The notes under the pieces were generated by a model, which saw only the letters and a program-made list of their open reading frames with translations, searched no databases and was not told the origin of the DNA. A DNA stretch of 47,267 nucleotides. Origin: Rhizaria sp. SCN 62-66. Lineage: Eukaryota. The stretch lies in NCBI GenBank assembly GCA_001724265.1, contig MEDY01000230.1:1-47267 (forward strand), written 5' to 3'. This document shows, one piece after another, positions 33,101-44,000 of this stretch. The stretch's first letter is position 1, and every line of letters starts with the position of its first letter. Both the position numbers and the translations under genes were made by a program.

Positions 33101-34652
33101 GCGTGTCAACGGCACAACGCTGACCGGAGAGTGGGCCGCTGGGGCATTCACGTCAGGCGTGTACATTGATCTTTTAAAAAACACAATCAATGTTGCCTAT
33201 TCCTCCGATTTTCCCCACGCAATGTTCTGCACAAAAGACGCGACGCTCGTGCTCGTCGACGAACAGCTTTACGCCTCCATCTACAAGGGCGGGGTCGTTG
33301 ACGGCCTTCCATGCATGCGAGGGACGCTCTGCGTCTACGCCGACTTGGACGCCCTTTGCCACGACACGGCTCCGCATTCGTCGCAGAGGATGGCACAAGT
33401 GCGGGAGCATCGATTCGCGACATACACCGGGGTTTGGTTGGCCGGGCAGTTCGTTGGTTTGGGCGAGATTAACATCCAAGACACGCAGTACGAGTCGCGC
33501 AACTCTGACGTGAATAATTTGCAAGTTGAGATCTCGTTCGGCGAGGGCAGCATTTACAACGGCAGCGCGCGTTTCACCGAGTTTAATCATATCGAGTTTC
33601 TCGGGGAGGGAGCTGTGGAACATTTCGAGTACGGGCGCGTGTGTGAAGGTCAATGGCGTGCCGATGACTACTCAACGATCTGGGGCCACAAGATGATCTG
33701 CAACGGGAGCGCAAACATCCTTGTTCAGGATAGTTTTCTGTACCCGGTTGAATCTTGTCACTTCGAACTGGTTGGCGAGAAAGTTTTAGCGACTGGTGCC
33801 CGCTCCACTGTCAAGATTGATGATGAGCATGGCACGGATTAGAATGGCATCACCTACGAAGGTTCGTTGATTGAGAGTTGTTTGCCTCACGGTTATGGTA
33901 TGAAAAAGACACCCGACAGCAAAATTCTGCAGACTGAGGGCTATTTCTGCAATAATGGCTCTCTGGGGTTCGGCGTGTCGAAAGCGGCCAACGGCGACGT
34001 GTACACCGGCCAGTTCAAGCGCGGGCGCCGCCACGGCTTCGGCCGCATGTGCTACGCCAACGGTGACTTACACAGCGGCTGGTGGATTGCCGACCGCCCC
34101 GGCGGTCTCGGCACGCTTGCCACCGAGCGCGGCGCGCTGTACGTCGGCTACTGGGACGGTTCCGAGCCTCTGGGCGACGGCTTGGTGCTGCACTTCGCAA
34201 ACCTCAAGCACAGCTTCGGTCCGGAGTGGCAGCAGGCAGCGAAGCAGGCGCTGGCCGACCGTGCGACGGAGCGGCGCTGGGGCCACCGCCGCGGCATCTC
34301 CCCGCGCAAGGCGACGTGGTTAGGCCCGCGTGACGAGCGAAACAAGCCCTGCGGCGCGGGCGTGATGACGCGCTTCGACGGCGTTGTGGTGCAGGGCACG
34401 GCGCGCGGCGGGCGATTGACTGGGACCGGTGTGATGCACTACCCGGACGGGACCGCGTACTCGGTGACCTTCGACCATCAAGGTCGTGTGGTGGAGGCGC
34501 GGCCCTGTGTCAGCGCTGCGCGGCCGCACGACGGGGCCGCCGTGAAGAAGCGGGAGCTGTCGGCGCGGCTCGCGGGGCTGCTGCAGCCCGTCGACACGGA
34601 CGAAAAGGAAGAACAACGTTTAGATGAAGACTTCTTTACGTCTTTGGTTTAA
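30153..34652 (+). CDS. MORN-repeat protein, 1499 aa as one intronless ORF with two in-frame TAGs (32586-32588, 33840-33842)
   Basis: ORFs 30153-32588, 32601-33842 and 33867-34652 are in one frame and separated only by TAG. MORN repeats (YxGxWxxGxRHGxG) occur in all three parts. TAA stop. Confidence 0.85.
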
Positions 34653-35156
34653 GATCGATCAATGCATTTTTGTCAAGAAATCGACTTGTTACTTAGTGAA
34701 GTCTGCGGGTTTCGGTCAGATTTCGAATAGATAAACCGAAACGAACTGTAAATAAAACTGACTTTTCACGGACGTATTTTGCCATGAGATTTTCTTCGAC
34801 TATTTCTTTGAGTTGTACAGTTTATGTATTCTCATCGTTTTTCCAGGTTATAATCAGGCTAACACATGCATGGCAGGAGGGGTTTGAGTCTCACATACAT
34901 GTTATGGTCACCAAGTAAGTTGTGATTCAGATTCATACATAATAAATCCAGGGACACTGTGACACCATCATCGATGATTGCATTCGAACTAGAGCTGATG
35001 TTACATTATGACAGTCGCAAAACGCATGCAATGCACACACGTACTCATGCTTGTACATGTACTCATGCGTGTCGTCCACACTCTATAGTGAAATAGCGAC
35101 CGACGCTGGCGACACCCACTCGAACATTCCTTCGTCAGCACCCATGTGCGCGGCAC

Positions 35157-37322
35157 TTAATAAACGACGACGCGGCGCACGCTTGGCGGCGGGCTCCGGC
35201 TGCGGCCGCGGCTGCCGTCTGCCACGGGCGCGACAGTCAGTTCGGGCTTCTCACGCCTAGCAGCGATGCCGGCGGCGGCGGCGGGAGCGATGACCACAGG
35301 CTTGTCGGTCCGGACCAAGGTGGCCTCGGGCTTCTCTGTGATCACAGGGCCAGTAGCGGCGGCGGCGGGGGGCTTGTCGCCGGGGGCGCGCGGGGCAACA
35401 ATCACCGGCTTGTCGGTGCGCACGACCGGCCTCTCAGTAGCGGGGGCAGCGGCGCTGTCGCTGGCACGCGCGCGCGCACGTGCACTCTAACGCGCACGGG
35501 AAGCGAGCTCAGGCGCAGGCGCAGGCGTAGCAGCGGTGTACTCAAGCTCACGGTCACGGTCGCGATCCGGTGAGGTTGCGCGGAGCAGGTTGCGGCGCCC
35601 GCGCTCGGCCGCGCTCGTCACGGCGCTGTCGGCGGCGGCGTCGGGGCTGTCCTTGAGAAGCTTCTCCCGCATCTTCTGCACTTCGCCACGGATCTTGCGG
35701 ATCTCATCACTGAACTTGGGGAAGTTCTGCTTGAGCCACGCGCTCTCAGCCGTTTCCGCACCGCCGCGATGGATCAGGCGGACCGCGGACCAGAGCATCT
35801 GGCGCGGGGTGTATTCCAGCATGCGGTCGCCGTCCCAGTCGCGGAAGTTCAGCCGCCCCGCAGGCTGGTAGGTGTCGAACAGTGCGAAGAGCTTGTCCGT
35901 CGAGCCGCGGTCCCTGGCGCCCTTCCAGAACGACCAGAGCCGCGCGAGACTCTTGGCGAGGAGCGAGTCGGTGTCCTGGCGCAGAGACTTGACCAGCTCG
36001 GGGTAGTCCTTGTCACTGCGCAGCGCGGCCATGGCGGAGGCGAAGTCGGCGTTGAACTTTCGCCACTCGGGTGAGTCGAGCGCGATCGCGGTCGACGTCA
36101 TCACGAAGCGGCGCGAAACTACGGCGTTGTTGTTGTCGTTATTGGCGCGGTTGCGGTTGTTGTTCATGTTGTTGTAGTAGAAGTAACGCTTAAAGAGATC
36201 ATCGAGGTCGAGGTCATCATCGTCATCGTCATCGCGGTCATCACGGCGGCCACGGTGCTTGAGGTCGTCATCATCGTCGTCGTCATCGTCGTCAAACGTG
36301 GTCATACGATTGTAGCCACTGGCGACCGGCCGCGGCCGGCGCGAAGGCCGCCCCAGTCGCTCAGAGCTGGGGCCGTACTCGCCCGCGCGCGAACCGCGGA
36401 CGGGGGCGACGGGGCGCGCTGTAGGATTCAGGCCCTCGCCGGCGCCGGCCGGAGCGGTGGGGGCCCCGTACCCACTGTCGTCGTTGTAAAGCGTGTACAT
36501 CGACAGCCCCTCAGGCTCACGCTCACGGTCACTCAGGTCGCGGCTGCGGCTACGGCTGCGGGAGCGGGACAGCGAGCGCGAACGCGAGCGCGACCGGTCG
36601 CCCTCGCGGCTGAGACTGCGCTCGCGGGAGAGCTCGCGGGCGACGTCACCACGGTTGCGGCTAAGGCTGCGGCCCTCGGAGATGGCGCTCATGATCGGCG
36701 CGGGCGTGCGGTCGCGCGACCGAGAGGGCGACGTGGCGCGCGCGAGACGGCGGAGACGGATCTTCTCGAGGATGCGCGCCTCGCGCGGGGTGAGGTAGGC
36801 CTCGATCATCTCGCCCATGTTGCTCGCGCGCGACAGAGGCTTGGACTCGTCGGCTGCAGTCTCGATCGCTGACGGTGACGTGCGGGCGGAGGCGGGGGAC
36901 GGCGGGTTCAGGTAGGACGAGAGAGAGCCGGCGTTGTCGCGCTCGAGAGATGGCTCAAGGGCGCGCCGGAAGCGGTTGCGGAACGAGGCCGCGGGCGGTG
37001 CCGCGGTGTCATCCGCCGCTGTGAGAAAAGAAGAAAACAGGCAGGGAAGCGAAACAGACACGATGAGAGCACGGAACGATGATTTCAAGTATCCGGGAGT
37101 GAAGTAGGTTGGTCATACAGTACACAGCACAGCGTAGATATGAAGGTAACAACACTTTTTAATGTTGCTTGCTCAAGATCAACTTCCAGAAACATGATGA
37201 ACTGAGAGGGATGAATGTGACAAGTGGGACTCATGAAAGTGAAGATACGTACCAGTCGCTACGTAGGAACTTAAAACGCAAAGAAGTACAATCAGTACCC
37301 CCATGGTTAATAGAAACCTCAT
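35157..37322 (-). CDS. Orphan secreted protein with RS-rich, acidic and TDKPV-type repeats, about 643 aa, 2 exons (37322-37253, 37018-35157), one in-frame TAG (35487-35489)
   Basis: Exon 1 is signal peptide MRFLLTMGVLIVLLCVLSSYVAT. Phase-1 gtacgt...cacag intron. The frame stays open 109 codons past the TAG with the same GC-rich codon style until TAA. Confidence 0.7.
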
Positions 37323-38029
37323 GTGTGATACAGGTCTAGTGTCACAAGATCACGATGTTCAAGCAATATCAAATTATGAGCAAAGCAAGATCATGGCCGC
37401 GGGACTGACAAGATGCTGCGCAACTTGAAAAAAAGTGCCTTCATTGTCAGTCACGAAAAGCAAGTGCATTCGTCTCAATGCGCGCATGGTAAGGGCTTGT
37501 ACACACGCGCTCTCAAAATGTCCGATTTTATTTCACACATCAAACTTGTTTTGAGTTCGTGTATGCCTGACAGTACCTTTGTTCAAGTTCTACAAACTTG
37601 CAACTGCTGACAAAACAGGAGATATCGTATGTTGATAAATAGACACAACTTAGTTATCAGGTAAATAAAGGTATCACTACCCATGTTATCACACGTTATA
37701 TGGATATCTGATACCGCTGTGATGCAGTGCAGTTGTACGCTGTTTTAGACAAATTCAAGTCCAGCTGCAGTCGGCAGACGGGACGCCGATTTGGGTCGGC
37801 GACAACGAGAGGTGACGAAGGTCCTCCTAAAAAGCCTCTGCAGCTCGTCTTAAATCCGTTACTACAATATATCTTTGAAATATGATCCAGATCTTACACG
37901 CAAATAATACGTCATAATAATGAAAGCCTATTATCTAACTCCTACCGAGCCCCTGTTATCCTTGCCATCTTAGCCCTTTCGCCCCTCGACTCATCACACC
38001 ACGCTTGGCTTGCGTTGCCTCTCTGTGAG

Positions 38030-41000
38030 ATGGACGACTCAATGCAGGAGCAGATGCTCCGCCACCTAAACATTACTGCGCAAGCTGCCACATCTCCGCC
38101 GTCCGTTTCTGTCTACAACACCCAGAAACACCCGCAAGCCCAGTCTGTCGCAGCCTCTGCCGACTCCAGCACAACTCCCACTGGCCCTATCTCGACAGCG
38201 TTCCCTCCTCCCGTCTCGACAGCCTTCCCGCCCCCAACTGCACCCGCGTTGTCCCCGCTCGCCGTCTCGACCGCGTTCCCGCCCCCCATTGCGGCGGCCG
38301 CGCCGCCGCAGCCGGTCTCGACCGCGTTCCCCCCGCCCGTCTCGGCGCCCCGCGCCGCGACCGCCGCCGCGCTGCGCGCGCTCGCGTGGTCGCCAGTCGA
38401 GCGCGACGACATCGCCGTGCTCACGCGCAGCGAGGTCCGCGTTTATCGCGCCGCCGCGCCTCCGCAGCAGCACTCGGCGAGCGCAGCGCAGCCCGACTGC
38501 ATGGTCTCCGGCCGCCGCGGTGACACGCCGTTCGATCCCCTCGGCATCTTCTCCGCATCGGCCTCCGCCGCCGCCTCGGGCGACTTCGACAGCTTCTACC
38601 CCGGCGCGGGCGCGGGCGCTGGCCCGCCCGGACTGGCGCTGCTGGCGACGGTGCCGCTGCCAGCGCTTGACGCCTCCCAGGCGCACAGGGCAGTGGCGTG
38701 GGGACCTTCGTACCGCCTCACGCCCGGCGGCGCCGCCGCGGCCACCTACGCCGTCAACAACAACAGCTGCGGCGGCGGCCACAGTGGTGGCGCGGGCGTG
38801 GGCCGGTCGGCGAGTGCGAGCGCGAGTGCGGGTGCCTCGAGCGTCGCCGCTCTGACCGCGCCCGCGACTGCGTTCGACAACTCGAGCCACATCGCGCTCG
38901 GCCTCTCGAGCGGTCGCATCCTCGTCGCGAACCTCGGCGCGCCGCCCCTCACGCCCGCGTACACCCACGCCAACGCCTCCTCCTCCGCCGCCGCCTTTGC
39001 CGCCTCCGCCGCCGCCGCCGGTGCGACGGGCTACGACGTGTCGCATCCAGCAGGCGGGGCTGCGGCGTTAAACTTCTCTTTCGCGCTGGCGCCGCGGCAC
39101 GCGCGGCCCGTCCAGTGCCTCGCCCTCTCGCCACACCCGCTGGCACCGTCGCCCGCCGCGCTCCAGCAGCACCAGCAGCAGCTCCAGTAGCAGCAGCAGG
39201 CGGGTGGCTACTATGGGAGCGGCTGCGAGGCGCCGGCGCTGTCGCCGTCGCCGCTGCTCGCGGTGGGCTACGACTACATGCGCGGGGACCACAGCGTGCT
39301 TATCTGGGACCTGCTTGCGGCCTCGGACAACACTGCCGCCGCCCGCAATGGCGCGTGTTATCCCCATAACAGTAATACACATAGCTCGAGCTTCGTGACT
39401 GGCAGCAGCCACGGGCAGTACGGATCTCCGTATCCCCCCTATCCGCCCGTCTTGGCTGGCCTGCAGCAGCAGCCCTCGTTTGCGGCGCACCTCGGAAACG
39501 CGGCCACGGTGCCGCTGTATCGCGGCGAACCCATCACGCGGCTGCTGGCCTCGGACTCTGCCGCCTCGCTGGCGTGGCTGCCGCTGTCGCCCGGTACGTG
39601 GCCCTTGCACTGACTTCACTCGCAACAATCTGTTATGTTGATCTATAATTCATTGTGACAATCTATCGACATCTTTATTATGTTCATTTTCTCTCACGTC
39701 TGCTTTAATCCCATCATCTTTCGTCACATTGCGTTGTTGTTTATCGAAGGCTGTATTGCGACTGGCACCAAGTTCAAGTGGTTGCGTTTCTTTGATCTGC
39801 GCAGCAACGCCATGACATCTGCAAACGCTGCCAACACGAACGTCAACGCGAATTTCGGTAGTTTTAGCTACACAAACAAAAATGCGCCAAACTCGACGTT
39901 CGGCGGCTACAACACCAGCAGCACCGGTTTGAGCTCCAACGGCCACGCCATCGGCTACCGCTCGCGCCCCGGCGCCAGCTGCTTCCCGAGCGGCGGCGCC
40001 GGCGGCTTAGCTTCCGCCCCGGTGACCGTGGGCTGCATCCCGAGCATCACGGTGACACCGCGGCCCATCACGTCGATCGTGGCCCACAACAAGGTCACCA
40101 GCGGCATCGCGCCGGAGCCCCACAACGGACACTATCTGGCCACACACAGCGACGATTTGATCGTGAAGGTCTGGGATTTCCGGTTTTTGCGCAACAGTTC
40201 TGCCCCCGTTGCTACTATTGATGTCAGCCTCAAGCAGCACTCGATCAACAACGACTTTAACAGCGCATCCTCTGCTGCTGCTAATGCTGCTTCGATCGCT
40301 GACGGTGACGGCGCCAGCAGCGGCAGCGGCCTCGGTCAGCTCGTCTCGGTTGGCTGGTGCGCTCAGCGCCAAGGCGTCCTCGTCACCGTGACCACCACCA
40401 ACGACGCCGGCTCCGGCGGCGGCGCCAGCGCGGGCGGCAGCGGCGGCGGCGGAGGCGTCGTGAGCATGTGGGATGTTCAGACCGCGATTAACGCTTCCTC
40501 AACCGCGATCACTGTGGCCGCGGCGAACAACAGCGCAGCGCCCAGCTCCGCAGCCGCCGGCTCCGTCTCCATTGACGCCGCCTCCGCTGCCGCTTCCGCT
40601 GCAGCCACAGCGTCGGCTGCTGCGGAGAGCGTCGTGGCGATCGCCGAGGGCCGCCGGCACTACACCAGCGACAGCGTCACCGCGGCTGCGCCGCACCCGG
40701 AGCAGGCGGCGCGCGTCGCCATTGCCCTCACCGCCCCGCCCCAGCACGCCGCCGTCGCTGGTGCGGGCGCAGGCGCGGGCTCTCTCAGCGGCGCTGCGTC
40801 GGCGTCGTACGCCAGCACGCCGGGCGGCGCGAGCCTCACGACCGCGTCCTGGGCGCTGAGGGACGTCACCCTGGTCGGCCCGCTGCCGATTGCGCTCGCG
40901 CCACCGCTCGCGCAGCTCACCGCCACCGCCGCAGCCGCTGCCGCAGCCACGTCCGCGCGCGGCAAGCTTGCTGTGGCAGGCGCCGCGGCCGCGGGTGCCG

Positions 41001-44000
41001 GCGGCGGCAAGGGCAATAACGGCAGCAACACGACCGGTGTGGTGTCGCTTGTTGGCGCGCTGCGTCGGGGCCGGCGCGCTCTGAACCGCATAGCGAGCAA
41101 CCTCAACGCACGCACACGCGCGCACGCCCGCGCCGCTGCCGCCGCCGCCGCCGCCGCCACGGACTCCTTCTCGTATCACAACCACCACCCGCACTACTAC
41201 CACAACGCGGGGGCCCACAACGGCGGCGGCGGCGCGGGCAACGCGCCCGTCGTGTCCGCGGCTGCCTTCGCGGCCGCGGCGGCTTCGTTCCCCTCCCCCG
41301 CCGCCGCCGCGGCCGCCGTCGTCTCAGGGCTCGACGCGCTGGCCGCCGCGCTGGCGGGCGAGCGGGCGGCGGCGCGCGCTGCGGCGGTGGAGGCGGCCGC
41401 CGCCGAGGCCGAAGCCGAGGCTCGCGCCCGCGCCGCCGCCGCCTCAATCCCCAGCACCGCGGGCTCTAGCGTCAGCGGCTCTGGCGGCGCCAACAGCGGC
41501 GCGCTGGTCGCTTCGCCGCAGCCGCTGCCGCTGCCATTGCCCGCCACCGCCAGCCCGGCAACTGGCGGCGGCGGCGGCGCTGCCCACAGCGGCGGCTTTC
41601 ACGGCGGCGACGACAGCGATGACAGCGACGATGAGGAGGAGCAGCGGCAGGTCCTCGCTGACGCGGCGGACGTGGACACTCTGCTGACGTCGTGTATGCT
41701 GCCGAGCGTTTCGTTCGGCTCGGCCAACACGCTCGCGCTCGATACCACGCTCACCAGCAGCAACGGGAGCTGCAACAACAACCACAACAACAGTAACGCC
41801 ATCAGCACGGCCACTGGCGCCGCGATGTCGTCCCTCTTCTCTCCTCAGCCCGACGCGGGCTCTGGCGCTGACGGCGCAAGCACCGGCGGCAAGCCCGTAT
41901 GCGCGAGCTTCATCGTGACCGTCGCCGCGTCTCTGTCGCTGTGCTTCTCGTCCGCCGCGCTACTGCCAGTGCGTGCGCTCCAGGGCTACGCGATTGCGCC
42001 GCGGCCCAACCTGCTGCTCTTCGACGCCCTGCTCTCTGCGCTCGGCCGCATCGAGGCCGAGCTGTTCGCGTTTAAGGCCGCGGCGGGCGCGCTCGACGCC
42101 GCGCTATGCGCTGCTGCCGCCTCCGACTCGGCCTCGGCGTCCGGTGCCGCCCACGGCCACCTGCACGGCGGCCACGACTTTGGTCACATGCACGGGACGC
42201 ACGGGATGCACGGTCACGGGGGCTACTCGGCGATGCAGTACAACAGCAACAGCAGCAGCTCGGCGATGTCCGCCGCCGTGGCCGCAGCAGTCGCCGCCGC
42301 CGCGGCCGCCGCCGCTGCCGCTGCCACCGCCAGCTCCAGCGGCAGCAGCAACAACAGCGAGGCCGCAGCCGCCGCAGCCGCCGCCGCTGCAGCCGCCGCG
42401 GCCGCGGCCGCCGCCCTCTCGGGCGCGGGCTCCGGTTCGGCCCCGCTGTCGCCGCACGCGCTGCTGCGCACAGCAGTTTCGCTGCGCGCCGCAGTGGCCG
42501 CTCTGCCCGCGCGCCTGGTCCCGCCTGCCGCCGTCGACGCCGTGCGCGGCACTCGATCCGCGTGGCGCTTCCTCACCCAGGCCAGCGAGTTCGCGGAGCA
42601 GGACCACCGCGCGCTCACGCAGACCCAGTCGGGGGCGACTGTGGGCAGCGGAGTGACCGTGGGCAGTGGCGGCCCCGGGGAAGGGCCTGTGCTGGTGTTG
42701 CCGCCATCTCTGACGACGGGCATGCTGCGTCAGTCGGCCGCCCAATGGGGGCTCATTCCCGCCGCGAACAGCTCCGCCACCGCCAACACCAACACTGCAT
42801 CCGGGCTGGCGAGTAGTACCACTGCCAGTGGGGCCACCGGGGGCGCCGTGCTTGCTGCGTTTGCCGCGCCGCCACCGCCGCCGCCGTCGCCGCGCGCGCT
42901 GTTCCAGCGCCACGCAGTGGGCCTGTACCCGCTGCTGCGCGTACTGCTGCCCCGCAGGGCTCGGTAGGTTTCTTACCATAGTCGACTCTCAATTGACACA
43001 TATGTCTTTTATAACATGATGGATTGTTTATGTTAAGGTGAAATTGAATGATTTTTGTTGAAGCGCACGTTTTGTGTTTTTGGCTTACACGTTTTGTTTT
43101 ATACTCTCTATTCGCCCTTTTCTTAGCGCTCTCGGCGTCCGCGCCTCAGTGCCTCTGACCCCTCTGTTCCCCCTGGGCGCCGCCGCAGCCTCCGCTCGCT
43201 CCGCCGCAGCCTCAACCACCACCTCTGGCTTCGGTTCTGCTGCGGCAACTCAGAGCCGTTACAGCAGCACCAGCGGCCGCACGTCCCTTCTGTCCCTGTT
43301 CCCCGCGTACGTCCACCCCTTACGGTCGGTGGCGCTCAACATGGTCACCACATACGGCGCCGGGTTGGCGGACCCGGCGCTCAGCGTTGTGCTGCTCACC
43401 CCTCTCCACAACGACAGCGCGGCCACCGGTCTAAGTACCCTCAGCGGCGCAGGTCTAAGCACCTCCTCTGGCGGCGTGTCTGCGAGTGAAGGCAAGGCGC
43501 TGGTGCTGTCCAACTGGTCCGCTTCGGTGCGCCGGCTGGTTGTCGCGCTCATTGCAGTGGGCCGCAGGGACGAAGCCTGCGCCGCCGCGGTCTTCGGGCT
43601 CGACTTGCCGCTGGCGATCAAGGTACTCATGGGGCGCACGGTCACCGACACCAGCGGCGACGGCGAGGGCGAAGGCGCCGGCGGCAGTGCGGATGAGGAC
43701 GAGGATGACACGGCGGTGGCGATGTTGCTGCAACAGCAACAGCAGCAGCAACAGCAGCAAGGGCGTGGCACGTACTCGACGAGTGCGTACCCGTACCCTC
43801 TCGCCCACAGTCACTCTGCTGTTCCACCTGCGCCACACAGCCACACTGCTCATGCGCACGGTCATTTTGACCAGCAAGGCCACTTAGTCGGCACCAACGC
43901 GAGTCCGTTGACCCCCTTACACCACCCCGCCGCGACGGGCGCTTACTTACACGGCCCCTCAGGCGCAGGCGCTCACAGTCACTTCCATTATCACTCGAGC

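Noticed and set aside
8723..39190. A-to-I editing (UAG to UGG, Trp), pyrrolysine, or multiple pseudogenes as the explanation for the TAGs
   Set aside because: Contexts are polar linkers and a poly-Gln run, unsuited to Trp. Pyrrolysine is unknown in eukaryotes. Five independent pseudogenes hit only by TAG, with no frameshifts or TAA/TGA, is unlikely.
42965..42967. TAG ending ORF 39680-42967 as another read-through site
   Set aside because: It overlaps the donor CG|gtaggt of a phase-2 AT-rich intron (42964-43126), so it is intronic.
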